A stretch of 64,000 nucleotides of DNA from a virus. Positions 1 to 9,931 of the stretch are shown piece after piece (within the stretch, counting starts at the first letter, position 1; every line of letters starts with the position of its first letter). Location: positions 1 to 64,000 of the IMG/VR virus record IMGVR_UViG_3300033145_002663, one strand, 5' to 3'. A program made the position numbers and the translations under genes. The notes beneath the pieces were generated by a model. That model was not told where the DNA came from. It searched no databases and was given only the letters and a program-made list of their open reading frames with translations.

Positions 1-393
1 AGGGATAGATATGTAACTATACAGTTGGGAGGTGCTAATGATTTTCCAGCGTGGGCAAAAGTGGATCTTAGGGGCAAGCTCTCTTTTAGGGAAACTGCCT
101 GGGTTATGTCTAAAGCTTCTGTCGCTGTTACTGTTGATAGTTTTATTTCTCATCTTGCTGGTGCTCTGGGCGTTTCACAGGTGTGTTTGTTTGGCTCTGG
201 CAACAGCAATGTGGTTCGGCCAAATCAGGTCAAGGGAGAATTAGTCTGTATGATCCCGGATTATATTAGACATTGTAAAGGTTTGGGCCCGTGCTCTGCA
301 GCAGTCCGGGATTGCCCGGCAACGTGTACGGGCAGGCATGATCCAAAAGATATTTTAAAAGCAATCGAGAAAATCGAAAGGAGAGTTGAGTGA
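1..393 (+). CDS. Glycosyltransferase family 9 (heptosyltransferase-like), 5'-truncated by the window edge
   Basis: DLRGKLSFRETA...VTVDSFISHLAGALG...LFG matches the GT9 C-terminal motif (DSG..H.A.A.G..LFG). The frame is open from base 1. Confidence 0.8.
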   Translation, partial: RDRYVTIQLGGANDFPAWAKVDLRGKLSFRETAWVMSKASVAVTVDSFISHLAGALGVSQVCLFGSGNSNVVRPNQVKGELVCMIPDYIRHCKGLGPCSAAVRDCPATCTGRHDPKDILKAIEKIERRVE

Positions 394-1094
394 AGCCACT
401 GGTTATTGCAAGCAATATGTTTAACGAGATCGATCAGGTCGAGGATTGGTATGCCAATATGTGCCAAATTGCGGATGCGGGCATTCTGATTGTTGATACG
501 GGTTCGACGGATGGAACAAGGGAGTTCTTTGAATCCAAGGACAACGTAGTGTTTATCACGGACGATATCATCCTCCGTGAAGGCTACGGTCCTGCCAGGA
601 ATCATCTAAGGGAAATGTCAAGGAAGCACTTTCCGGAATCACATTGGATGATCTACCTGGATGCTGATGAGCGCATCATGCCCGAAGACTTCCACACCTT
701 GCGATTCTTAAAAGAGTATCTGGAAGACGAGTATGATGTGATTGCCCTGCCACGGTTGAACCGGTTGAATAAAGACACCCTGGACACCAAGGTTGATATT
801 CACATCCAAGCGGATTACCAGGCGCGAATGACCCGATTGTCTTCCGTGTTGCAATATGTTCGTAAATTGCACGAGCAGATCGTGGGGCAAAACAAAATAT
901 TTGCCGATCTGGAGAATCCTAAGATTCATCACTTTCATAGATCCACGGATCAGGGGAAGAGGGATTACATCGGGAAGGTGTGTGCAAAATTACACAGCGA
1001 AGATGCGGAGTGGGGCGAAACATATGGAAAGCATCATAAGGAAGATTTTTATTATAAACAGTATCTAGAGGTGGGGCTTCATGGAGAAAAATAA
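390..1094 (+). CDS. Glycosyltransferase family 2
   Basis: ILIVDTGSTDGT, GPARN and WMIYLDADE motifs. Confidence 0.85.
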   Translation: MKPLVIASNMFNEIDQVEDWYANMCQIADAGILIVDTGSTDGTREFFESKDNVVFITDDIILREGYGPARNHLREMSRKHFPESHWMIYLDADERIMPEDFHTLRFLKEYLEDEYDVIALPRLNRLNKDTLDTKVDIHIQADYQARMTRLSSVLQYVRKLHEQIVGQNKIFADLENPKIHHFHRSTDQGKRDYIGKVCAKLHSEDAEWGETYGKHHKEDFYYKQYLEVGLHGEK

Positions 1095-1989
1095 TTTTTA
1101 TGTTTATGCATGGCTTGATCCAAGAAAACCTGGGAAATATGTTTATGATAATTATTCTTTTAATTATGAGCCCTATTATATTGGAAAGGGTAAGAAATAT
1201 AGAAAGAGTACTTTGTGTAATAGAAATAATTTTACAATCAACAAGTTAAATAAAATAGAAAGAAATGGTTTTAAAAATAAAGTTTATATTGTTGAAAAAA
1301 AATTAATAGAGAAAAAGGCCTTTGATTTGGAATGCGAGTTGATTGCGCTTGTTGGAAGGTTTGATTTGGGGAACGGTCCATTAACAAATATGTCAGATGG
1401 AGGAGATGGGAATTCTGGTCATATACATACAGAAGAAACTTTAAATAAAATGAGGGGAAGACCGTCTTGGAATAAAGGCATTCCTTTGAGCGATGAATTA
1501 AAAAAACACTTATCTAAAATAAATACAGGGAAAACTCTTTCTGAGGAAACTAAAAAGAAAATACAAAAAGCTATGGAGGGGCGAATAGTTTCCGATGAGA
1601 CCCGTAAAAAGTTGAGGGTGGCAAGCACTGGCAGAAAACATTCTGAAGAAACAAAAAAGATGTATTCTAAAACAAGACGCGGAAAACCTAACGGAAGATT
1701 GGGGTGCAAACATACAGAAGCGACAAAGAAAAAAATGAGTGACGCTGTTAAAAATAGAGAAAAAAGAATTTATTCTGAAGAAGCAAAAAGGAATATGTCT
1801 CTTTCCAAAATGGGAAGCAAGAATCCTATGTATGGTAAACAAGTATCTGAAGAAACAAGACTAAAAACTTCTGAGTCTTTGAAGGGCAGAAGAAGGTCTC
1901 TTGAAACGAGAAGAAGAATGTCTGAAAGTAAAATGGGTGACAAAAATCCCATGTATAAAGGGGGCCGGTATGCTCAACATGCTCAATAA
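1081..1989 (+). CDS. Free-standing GIY-YIG-like homing endonuclease with multiple NUMOD3 repeats
   Basis: FYVYAWLDPR...YYIGKGK N-terminus, LTNMSDGGDG, repeated G(R/K)xH(S/T)EETKKK(M/I)S and KNPMYGK units. Visibly AT-richer than its neighbours. Confidence 0.85.
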   Translation: MEKNNFYVYAWLDPRKPGKYVYDNYSFNYEPYYIGKGKKYRKSTLCNRNNFTINKLNKIERNGFKNKVYIVEKKLIEKKAFDLECELIALVGRFDLGNGPLTNMSDGGDGNSGHIHTEETLNKMRGRPSWNKGIPLSDELKKHLSKINTGKTLSEETKKKIQKAMEGRIVSDETRKKLRVASTGRKHSEETKKMYSKTRRGKPNGRLGCKHTEATKKKMSDAVKNREKRIYSEEAKRNMSLSKMGSKNPMYGKQVSEETRLKTSESLKGRRRSLETRRRMSESKMGDKNPMYKGGRYAQHAQ

Positions 1990-2911
1990 GTTCACGTCAA
2001 CTGGTAAAAAAATCATCCACCATCCAGAAGTTATTAAGAGAATACAGCAGCATGGAATGGGCACACCAATCTCAGCTCAGATCGGAATAACGTCGCGTTG
2101 TAATTTAAAGTGCAGCTTCTGCTCAAACGCAAAAAGAAAAAAGCATGAAGACTTAGATCCCAAAGATATCATGGAGATTCTAAACGAGCTGAAGCATTTA
2201 GGATTAAAAACGGTAGAATGGAGCGGCGGCGGGGATCCGACCATGTATAAGGATATTAATTACGTCATGGAATCCGCTCATGCGATTGGCCTGCAGCAGG
2301 GTATGATTACTAACGGAGTATTTTTAAAGAAAAAAGTTGTCGCGAAGAATCTTAACCGGTTGGCATGGTTAAGGATATCTATGAACTGTCTTGATTACGT
2401 CTCCGATGTTGATGTTCCGGAAATTAAAGGTGTGCTCGGGTTTAGTTATGTCATGAATGAAAAGACCGATGTTCTTGTTCTTAGCAGGTTGCAGCACATG
2501 GTTGATAAATACAATCCGAAATATGTTCGGATAGTTCCCAACTGCCTTGCGACCAAAGAGCGACAGGAAATTAATAACAAAATATACGGTGATAAAATTG
2601 CAAAGTGGGGAGCGCCTTATTTTTATCAGGAAAAAATCTTTGACCGGCCCGATCATTGTTACTGGTGTTATTTCAAACCCTTTATACTGCACGACGGTTT
2701 TGTTTACCCGTGCAGCTCGGTTGTCTTGCATAGCGGAGCTGAGGGTAGATTCAATGATCAGTTTCGTTGGGTGAGGATGGAGGATCTTTGTGATGTTTAC
2801 GAGAAAGAAATGAGCCCGTTTCCGACCGACAATTGTGACCACTGCGTATTCAAAGATCAGAACGATTTAGTTGGGATGATTTTAAATCCTCAGATGGAGA
2901 ATTTTATATGA
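1970..2911 (+). CDS. Radical SAM protein with C-terminal SPASM/twitch-like Cys region
   Basis: CNLKCSFC, SGGGDPT, CYWC...DGFVYPC...CDHC. ATG 1970 is preferred over the ORF-track start at 1901. Confidence 0.9.
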   Translation: MLNMLNKFTSTGKKIIHHPEVIKRIQQHGMGTPISAQIGITSRCNLKCSFCSNAKRKKHEDLDPKDIMEILNELKHLGLKTVEWSGGGDPTMYKDINYVMESAHAIGLQQGMITNGVFLKKKVVAKNLNRLAWLRISMNCLDYVSDVDVPEIKGVLGFSYVMNEKTDVLVLSRLQHMVDKYNPKYVRIVPNCLATKERQEINNKIYGDKIAKWGAPYFYQEKIFDRPDHCYWCYFKPFILHDGFVYPCSSVVLHSGAEGRFNDQFRWVRMEDLCDVYEKEMSPFPTDNCDHCVFKDQNDLVGMILNPQMENFI

Positions 2912-3861
2912 AAAGACCATTTTCGCATACGTCAAACACTGTAAAGCTTTATAAGCACCTTGACCGTTTACAGAAATTACAGTCAGGTATTGTGTCTCCT
3001 ATTTTGATACACATGTCGCCAACCAACAAATGTCAAATGCATTGTTTTCATTGCTGCTTTAAAAATCGTAAAGACAAGACATTGGATATGCCTTTCGGAT
3101 CACTCAAAGAAGGTATGAGTCAATTTCACGAATTAGGCGCAAGGGCTGTCGAGCTGACCGGTGGTGGTGAACCGTCATTGTATTCTCATATAAACGAAAC
3201 AATCGAATTTTTAAAATTGGATTTAGGCATGCATATGGGGATAAACACCAATGCCCTGGAGTCGCAGCGCGTGAAGCATTGGGAGTACTTTGACTGGATC
3301 CGGGTTTCATTCAATACTTTGGATTTTTATGACACTATTAATATTGGGCCTATCCGTCAGTCAGGGGCGTATATTTCGGGTTGTTATATTTGGAATGATC
3401 TTACAACCATCGAAGTGTTTGAAAAGATTGTCAGGTTTGCAGACGAGCATAAGATTGTCTGTAGAATTGCTCCGGACTGTATCAGGCCATTGGAAGAAAT
3501 TGATGAACTGGTTGAAAAGGTCAGGGGTATTGTAGAGAGGTACGAGAGCGATTACATATTCCTTTCGGACTTTAATATTGACACCTATCGTCATAACACC
3601 AAGTGCTACCTGCACTTGATTAAGCCGTTTTTTTATACGGACGGGTACATTTATCCTTGCCCGAGCACGGAGTTGGTCCAGGAGCATAATTTTCAGGTAA
3701 ATCCGGATTATCGAGTATGTCGATATGATGAGGTTCTAAAATTTTACACAACGAACGCGTTGGATATACCGGAAAGAACCTGCTCATATTGCAAGTATGC
3801 CAAACAGCAAATTGTGCTTGAAGAAGTTTTAACCAAAACCACTTTTAATGAGTTTGCCTAA
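2908..3861 (+). CDS. Radical SAM protein, paralog of the upstream gene
   Basis: CQMHCFHC, TGGGEPS, KPFFYTDGYIYPC...CSYC. Confidence 0.9.
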   Translation: MKRPFSHTSNTVKLYKHLDRLQKLQSGIVSPILIHMSPTNKCQMHCFHCCFKNRKDKTLDMPFGSLKEGMSQFHELGARAVELTGGGEPSLYSHINETIEFLKLDLGMHMGINTNALESQRVKHWEYFDWIRVSFNTLDFYDTINIGPIRQSGAYISGCYIWNDLTTIEVFEKIVRFADEHKIVCRIAPDCIRPLEEIDELVEKVRGIVERYESDYIFLSDFNIDTYRHNTKCYLHLIKPFFYTDGYIYPCPSTELVQEHNFQVNPDYRVCRYDEVLKFYTTNALDIPERTCSYCKYAKQQIVLEEVLTKTTFNEFA

Positions 3862-5126
3862 TGAAAAAAATTGAAAAAATAGTTTTAATTATTCCTCCGA
3901 GTCCCTGGTTAATATCAGACCGGGACATCCCGATGCTTGGCATTTTGTACGTCGCGGCACATATCAAACGTATATGTGAAGTTACGGTGTGTGACTTGTC
4001 GAGCATTCCCGAAGATCAGTGGTTTATTCCGGTGGGAGACCTGTACGGCATTACCGGTGTTAGCCCGCAATTTATATACATGAAGAAAATTATCGAAATT
4101 TTAAAACAAAGAGAACCCCACAAGCCTGTCATTGTGGGGGGTGTGCATGCAACGGTGTTGCCGGGTCATGTTTTAGAGGACACACTGGCCGATGCCTGTG
4201 TTTTGGGTCAGGGTGAGGACGTGCTGGCAAATATCATATTGGGGAATAGTTTAGAAATTTCAGGAGTGCAAACCAGAAGCAAGGGCGGGCATATCCAGAG
4301 AAATGGCGTGCCGTTTGTTTTCCCGGACAGGAGCGCCATAGATTACTACAGCTATCTCGTCCCGAGGACTTTTGGATATATGGCCGATGTAAAAAGAGAG
4401 GCGTCTATTATTACCGGGAGAGGATGCCCTTACTCGTGCGCTTTTTGTGCCAGTAAAAAAATGCACGGAACCAAGGTTCGGTTTAATCCCGCGCAGGCGG
4501 TCGTGAGCGAGTTCTTGTACTTAAGAGATGAATTCGGCGTTGAGATGGTTAACGTGCTTGATGATACCTTCATCCTCAATAAGAAAAGAGTGTATGAGAT
4601 TTGCCAGGGGTTAAAAGATCAGGGGATTAAATGGTTTTGCCTAACCCGGGCGGATTGTGTTGATAAGGAACTTCTTGTTGAAATGAAAAAAGCCGGGTGC
4701 TTGTCACTGGCCATAGGATTTGAAACCGGGTCCGATCGCTTGCTTCAATTGTTGAACAAAAAGATCACCATTGCTCAATGTAGAGAATGCGTGAAGATGG
4801 TGAGCAAAATCGGTTTTATGATAAACGGTCAGCTAATGACCGGTCTGCCCACGGAAACCATGAAAGACGTGGAACTTACCAGAAAATTTATTGAAGATAA
4901 TCCGGAGGTGGACACTTTTGGTTTGCATATGTTTCAGCCTTACCCAGGGTCCGACATATGGGAACATCCTGAAAAATACGATATTAAAATTGATAAGACC
5001 ACTGATTTTAGTGATTATCATACCATTGGAAAGCATGATGGTAAGTACCATAAAGATCAATTGCTCGATGAGAGATATCGATATTTAAAGACCGTTATTG
5101 GCAACAGGAGCCGCGAGCTTAGATGA
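3861..5126 (+). CDS. Cobalamin (B12)-binding radical SAM protein (class B methyltransferase-like)
   Basis: N-terminal PMLGILYVAA and VIVGGVHAT B12-binding motifs; TGRGCPYSCAFC; IGFETGS; PYPGS. Confidence 0.9.
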   Translation: MKKIEKIVLIIPPSPWLISDRDIPMLGILYVAAHIKRICEVTVCDLSSIPEDQWFIPVGDLYGITGVSPQFIYMKKIIEILKQREPHKPVIVGGVHATVLPGHVLEDTLADACVLGQGEDVLANIILGNSLEISGVQTRSKGGHIQRNGVPFVFPDRSAIDYYSYLVPRTFGYMADVKREASIITGRGCPYSCAFCASKKMHGTKVRFNPAQAVVSEFLYLRDEFGVEMVNVLDDTFILNKKRVYEICQGLKDQGIKWFCLTRADCVDKELLVEMKKAGCLSLAIGFETGSDRLLQLLNKKITIAQCRECVKMVSKIGFMINGQLMTGLPTETMKDVELTRKFIEDNPEVDTFGLHMFQPYPGSDIWEHPEKYDIKIDKTTDFSDYHTIGKHDGKYHKDQLLDERYRYLKTVIGNRSRELR

Positions 5127-5857
5127 TAGATTATTGCACCATTCTTGTTCATGAAGGAGAGCGCGAGTTGCTGGCTATGCAGCTGCGGAGCCTGCGTCAT
5201 TATTCCGGTGACGAATTTAATTTTAAGGTCAGCGTGCGGCCGGAAGATACGGACTCGATAGAGTTTTGCAAACAGTTAGGCTTAGAGGTTTTATTGCACC
5301 CAACCTACACTCAAATGTTAGCACACCCCGGTTTGAGGCAGGCCGGGTTTGATTGCGCGAACCGTATGCATGAATTGATGAAATCCTGCACGTCGGACTG
5401 GGTTATTTTAACTCACTCCGACATTATATATACCGGAAAGATAGACATGGCTTTAATGACTGACGAATACGGCTTACTGGGGGTCTGGGCCCACGGATGT
5501 ACGGTTATAAACCGGAAAGTCTATAATGGTTGCCATTACCTCTTGTGGCCGATGGGGGGAATTCTTGCCAGACTGGTTTGCAGGCCATCAAAAGAATGGG
5601 ACGGTACGGTTAAACTTGTTGGCAACCATGAGCAGGAGGAAGAATTTTTAAGTGTTTCCGGGGTAGATGTTGGCGAGTTACTAAAGCTGGAAATGCAGGG
5701 CTATGGCTTCAAGTTTGATCCATCAGGGTTTTCAGGACGCTATCGTCACTTGGGAGGCGCATCTTTTCACGGCCTTACTCCTAAAGAAACAGACATTATA
5801 GAGGATATCATTGCCCGAAAAGCAGTTTTTATTGAAGAGTTCAAGGAGTTCAAATGA
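5123..5857 (+). CDS. Putative GT-A fold glycosyltransferase
   Basis: CTSDWVILTHSDIIY is a DxD-like strand motif; paralog of 6534..7394; cluster context. Confidence 0.55.
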   Translation: MIDYCTILVHEGERELLAMQLRSLRHYSGDEFNFKVSVRPEDTDSIEFCKQLGLEVLLHPTYTQMLAHPGLRQAGFDCANRMHELMKSCTSDWVILTHSDIIYTGKIDMALMTDEYGLLGVWAHGCTVINRKVYNGCHYLLWPMGGILARLVCRPSKEWDGTVKLVGNHEQEEEFLSVSGVDVGELLKLEMQGYGFKFDPSGFSGRYRHLGGASFHGLTPKETDIIEDIIARKAVFIEEFKEFK

Positions 5858-6522
5858 CCATTTATGTGTTTGGGGACAGCCATTCCAGTATGTTTAATGT
5901 AGATCACAGGCAACAAGAATCGAAGTTCAAAGTATCTCCGGAGGCCGTTGAGCATGAGGGTTTCGAAGGGTTTTTGGATGTTTCCTCCGGCGTCCCATTA
6001 GCTTATTCCCTTGCAAAGCATCATGAAGTTATCATGAAGGAATTGGAATCCATACCGTTTAAAGACGGCGATGAGATGTGGTTTATATTTGGCGAGATAG
6101 ATGTCAGGTTTCATATTTTTTACTGGCACCAGGAGCTGGAGATCTCGCTGGATGAATCCATCGATAATGTTGTTGTCAGGTATATTTCGTATGTAAAGAG
6201 ATTAAGAGAGATGGGGTATAATATCCACATCGTGAGCGTGGTTCCGCCACAACCGAATCCGTCTGCATTTCATAATGATCCGACCCTTGAGGTTCTCAAT
6301 CCGATTAGAGGTGATGGCATTACCGTTGCGGACAGAGTGTATATGACAGAGAGGTTAAACTCCGAACTCAGCAAGGCGTGCGCTGAAAATAACATACCGT
6401 TCAGGGATGTTCATCAATTTATAGTGGATCCGATTACCAGGTGCAACATTCCGGAAATGACCAGGGATAATATGCACTATTATTACATAGGTGATCTTAT
6501 TATTGAAAAATTCGGTTTATAG
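5854..6522 (+). CDS. SGNH/GDSL-family esterase or acyltransferase
   Basis: VFGDSHS (block I), FGEIDVR, DNMH (DxxH). Confidence 0.75.
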   Translation: MTIYVFGDSHSSMFNVDHRQQESKFKVSPEAVEHEGFEGFLDVSSGVPLAYSLAKHHEVIMKELESIPFKDGDEMWFIFGEIDVRFHIFYWHQELEISLDESIDNVVVRYISYVKRLREMGYNIHIVSVVPPQPNPSAFHNDPTLEVLNPIRGDGITVADRVYMTERLNSELSKACAENNIPFRDVHQFIVDPITRCNIPEMTRDNMHYYYIGDLIIEKFGL

Positions 6523-6533
6523 AGGAGACTTTT

Positions 6534-7394
6534 ATGATAGATCTTTGCGTTTTTTTTGCAGGCCAGAACCTCGATGCGTACGCGCCGTTGTTCCTGGAAA
6601 CATTGTATCAAAACTGCGACACGTCGAATCTCTGTGTTCATGTGGTGGAGAAGGGCGGCATCTATTATAACGGACCGGAGCGCGATCCGGGCGATCCGTG
6701 GTACACGTCGCTTCCGATTCAGTATTATGTTCCGGGTGTTGGCGATAATGTTCATGAGTATTTACTCCAAAAGCAAAATGAGGTGAATACACCGTTTACA
6801 ATTTACGAAAAGCACGACCCCAGCGAATTTTTTACAAAAACAAGACCGGGTGAACCGTTTTGGCATTTCGGGGATGATCATGGCAATACCTTAAACTGGG
6901 CAATCGAGAATTGCGGTACAAACAAGTGGATCATATTTTGTCACTCGGACATAATTTTTAGAAACGATGTGATCACCCGGTTCCAGGAGGAGATGTTTGA
7001 CTGGGTTGGTATGTTTGGCATTTACAATCATTGCTATGCTGTAAACCGGGAAGCATTTTCTAGAGTCGGCATAAAATTTAACTGTGTTACCAATTTCAGG
7101 GTGGTCCCGGTTAAGCACATCGGTTTTGATTATCAGTTAAAACACGCAGGTGATCCGAAATGCCCTGCGGATGCAAAGGTAGTTTACGGTTTTGATATTG
7201 GCGAATTGCTGGAAGTTATGATGATCGCTTATGGCTGGCATTGTGATGTATCAAACGTGCATCCTTTTTGTTCGAGCCTTGACCATATGGCGTCGGGTCA
7301 CGGGTATGTAAATGAAGTGACAAGAACACATCAGGAAAAACGGAGGCAGGCATGGATGAAGGAGTACGACATACAGAAAGTTACGATGAAATAA
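6534..7394 (+). CDS. Putative GT-A fold glycosyltransferase
   Basis: KWIIFCHSDIIF and GFDIGELL; paralog of 5123..5857. Confidence 0.55.
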   Translation: MIDLCVFFAGQNLDAYAPLFLETLYQNCDTSNLCVHVVEKGGIYYNGPERDPGDPWYTSLPIQYYVPGVGDNVHEYLLQKQNEVNTPFTIYEKHDPSEFFTKTRPGEPFWHFGDDHGNTLNWAIENCGTNKWIIFCHSDIIFRNDVITRFQEEMFDWVGMFGIYNHCYAVNREAFSRVGIKFNCVTNFRVVPVKHIGFDYQLKHAGDPKCPADAKVVYGFDIGELLEVMMIAYGWHCDVSNVHPFCSSLDHMASGHGYVNEVTRTHQEKRRQAWMKEYDIQKVTMK

Positions 7395-7410
7395 AGGGGT
7401 TTATTAAACT

Positions 7411-7938
7411 ATGAAACTTCATATCGGTACGGGTACCACATATTTACCGGGCTGGATCAATGTCGATGTTTTTTCTTTTGTAAACGCGGATGTTTATTCA
7501 AACGCGATGAACCTGCCATACGAGAGAGAATCGTTCGATTTGATTTATTCCAGCCATGTTCTTGAACATTTTAATCGGCATATGATCCTGGCAGTGCTTG
7601 GCCACTGGCGAAGCCTGTTAAGACCGGAAGGAATTTTAAGGTTGTCGGTCCCTGATTTTAAAGCGATCTGTGAATATTACAGTAAAACAAAATCTTTAAA
7701 GCCGGTGACAGGATTGCTTTATGGCGGCCAGAGGCATCTTTTAGATGTTCATCGCATTTGTTTTGACAAGGAAACTTTGCTTTCCTGTTTAAGTTCTGTT
7801 GGATTTCAAATCGTTAGGGAATGGGACTGGAGAGAAACGGAACATGCAAAATTTGATGATTACAGTCAGGCGTATCTTCCGCATCTTAAAAAAGACACGG
7901 GTCTTTTGATGTCTTTGAATTTGGAGGCTGTTAAATGA
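7411..7938 (+). CDS. SAM-dependent methyltransferase (type 11-like)
   Basis: KLHIGTG..YLPGWINVD, LPY...SFDLIYSSHVLEH, LRPEGILRLSVPD. Confidence 0.85.
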   Translation: MKLHIGTGTTYLPGWINVDVFSFVNADVYSNAMNLPYERESFDLIYSSHVLEHFNRHMILAVLGHWRSLLRPEGILRLSVPDFKAICEYYSKTKSLKPVTGLLYGGQRHLLDVHRICFDKETLLSCLSSVGFQIVREWDWRETEHAKFDDYSQAYLPHLKKDTGLLMSLNLEAVK

Positions 7939-9155
7939 TTTCTTTTTATCACGTAGCACCCGGGAACGAGTATTATACAATCATGTATCGAAAACCATTG
8001 TGCAAGTTTTGTCAAAAGAATGGAATTCCGTTCGAGGAGGTTAAAGATTTTTTAGCGGTAAAAAATTCTACGCTCGTAATACTGGGGGATCATTTAGCTC
8101 CCGAGATGATTACCAGGATTAAAAATAACGGCAATGTTCTGGTAGTGTTTGATATCAATGATAACTCGGTTCTCACCGGAACATACGGCGATTCTGATGA
8201 AGTGGCTTTGATAGATTTAATCTTTAAGATATCCGGTGTCCAGAAAACACAGGAGTCTTATGAAGTTTGCATTGATAATGATTTGAACTATACGCGCGAA
8301 AAGAAGAAGTTCCAGGGCGGTAACTGGGGAAAATATTTTGATATGGTTGCTGCGAATAAAATTAAAAGCCTGCCGTATCCGTCCTGGGATAAGAAAAACG
8401 CAGCGAATACTCCGTGGGCAGAGCGTCACAAATTAGTCCTGGTCCGTGGTGGGCATCATTATTGCCGGGTTCATTTGTTTTTGCATCTTCTGTCTTTAGG
8501 ATTGCTGGATGGAAATTCCATGTTTCCGGCGAGTGAGTATGCCTTTCAATTTTGCGAAGATTGCAGGAGACTTTTTGATCGTGACGGAAAGATCACGTTT
8601 GAGCACTTAAAGGATCATCCGGACATGCAGTGCCGTTTAAAGAACTGGCCGTACAATTTCAATGAAAATGGAGGTCTTTGGAATAACAGTTGTATTCCCA
8701 GGTATTTTGATTTGGCAGAATTGTTTCTTAAAAAGCATGGCGGTTTTGACCTGAGTGCCGTTGAAAGTGCGTTTCAGGGAAAATTTGCCGGTCCCGGATG
8801 GAAGAATGAAATTTTAAACAGGTATTTATTCTATGCGGATTTTAAATGGATCTTTTCGATATACGCGCCCCCAAGATTCTGGGAGGCGGCGGAAGCATGT
8901 ACGATCAGCCTGGTTCCGGAAAGAATGAACGACCAGGAGTTTTTTCCGCCGATGCGAGACGGAGATCATTATATTACGTATAAGGAAGATTTTTCTGACC
9001 TGAGAGAATCTTTCGAAATCGGCCAGGAACAGTTTGAGCATATCACTAATAACTGTTTGGAGTTGTATGATAAATGGATACTTGGAAATGATGATTATCG
9101 GGTGTCTCCAAATTTACTGTCATACATTATTCAAGAGATTAAGAGTGTCGAATGA
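7935..9155 (+). CDS. Putative GT-B glycosyltransferase (CgeB/GT1-like C-terminus)
   Basis: PPRFWEAAEAC...FFPPMRDGDHYITYKEDFSDL resembles the GT-B C-terminal motif. Confidence 0.55.
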   Translation: MISFYHVAPGNEYYTIMYRKPLCKFCQKNGIPFEEVKDFLAVKNSTLVILGDHLAPEMITRIKNNGNVLVVFDINDNSVLTGTYGDSDEVALIDLIFKISGVQKTQESYEVCIDNDLNYTREKKKFQGGNWGKYFDMVAANKIKSLPYPSWDKKNAANTPWAERHKLVLVRGGHHYCRVHLFLHLLSLGLLDGNSMFPASEYAFQFCEDCRRLFDRDGKITFEHLKDHPDMQCRLKNWPYNFNENGGLWNNSCIPRYFDLAELFLKKHGGFDLSAVESAFQGKFAGPGWKNEILNRYLFYADFKWIFSIYAPPRFWEAAEACTISLVPERMNDQEFFPPMRDGDHYITYKEDFSDLRESFEIGQEQFEHITNNCLELYDKWILGNDDYRVSPNLLSYIIQEIKSVE

Positions 9156-9931
9156 GAATTATTAATGTTTTTGATAAAGACGAACCTCGCGCGGGTGATA
9201 TTTACTCCGGACCCTATCAGTATTTCGACTGGCCCTTAGAGATTGAACCTATGACTTCGAGGGTTCTTGAAGATATACCGTTCGAGGATGAAAATGTCTT
9301 CTTTATTTTTGGCGGCGGCGGGATGCTGCATATTCCATTCCCAGAATATGATCAGGGTCGGTTCTTACTGCTTGAACGGTTTTGCGAGGTGGCGGATCGT
9401 ACGGCCTTATGGGGTATCGGTCATAATGTTCATGGTGCTGAAAAGATTGAATATCCGGAATACATAAAAAAATTTATTGCCGTAGGAGTAAGAGATTGGA
9501 ACCAGGGAATTAGATGGGTTCCATGCGCAAGTTGTATGCATGAGGTATTCCATAAGACTTATGAAGTTAAAGATGAGATCAGAGCTTACCGGAGAGAAGA
9601 TCCGTGGCCTTTCCCGTTTGATCATTACCCGATGCTTCAGGATGCTAACGGATATCCCCTGGAGAGTATCGTAGAATTTCTTGGCGGTGCCGAGACTGTC
9701 ATTACCAATTCATACCATGGAGCTTACTGGTCGATGCTGCTGGGCCGTAAAGTAACAATTCACAAACCTTTTGCTTCTAAATTTTTCGGGCTCACCGATC
9801 GCTATGAGTTTGATGGTGAGAACATTGTTATACCGGTACATGAGAATTTTTATGAGCAGTGCGTAACCGCGAACGAAGCGTTTCACTCTAACGTTGTGGA
9901 TCAATTGAGGATGCGTTTTGGACTTTTATGA
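9152..9931 (+). CDS. Polysaccharide pyruvyltransferase-like protein
   Basis: AGD, IFGGGG, WGIG, VGVRD and VITNSYHGAYWSMLLG motifs. Confidence 0.75.
   Translation: MRIINVFDKDEPRAGDIYSGPYQYFDWPLEIEPMTSRVLEDIPFEDENVFFIFGGGGMLHIPFPEYDQGRFLLLERFCEVADRTALWGIGHNVHGAEKIEYPEYIKKFIAVGVRDWNQGIRWVPCASCMHEVFHKTYEVKDEIRAYRREDPWPFPFDHYPMLQDANGYPLESIVEFLGGAETVITNSYHGAYWSMLLGRKVTIHKPFASKFFGLTDRYEFDGENIVIPVHENFYEQCVTANEAFHSNVVDQLRMRFGLL

Noticed and set aside
1901-1969. N-terminal extensions in the ORF track (also 27474-27590, 30253-30303, 30891-30989, 43137-43286, 60229-60348, 63247-63330)
   Set aside because: They overlap upstream genes or regulatory sites, and downstream ATGs fit better with SD position or domain boundaries
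1081-1989. Group I intron or intein around the homing endonuclease
   Set aside because: The flanking genes are complete and distinct, and the endonuclease ORF overlaps both, leaving no space for ribozyme sequence
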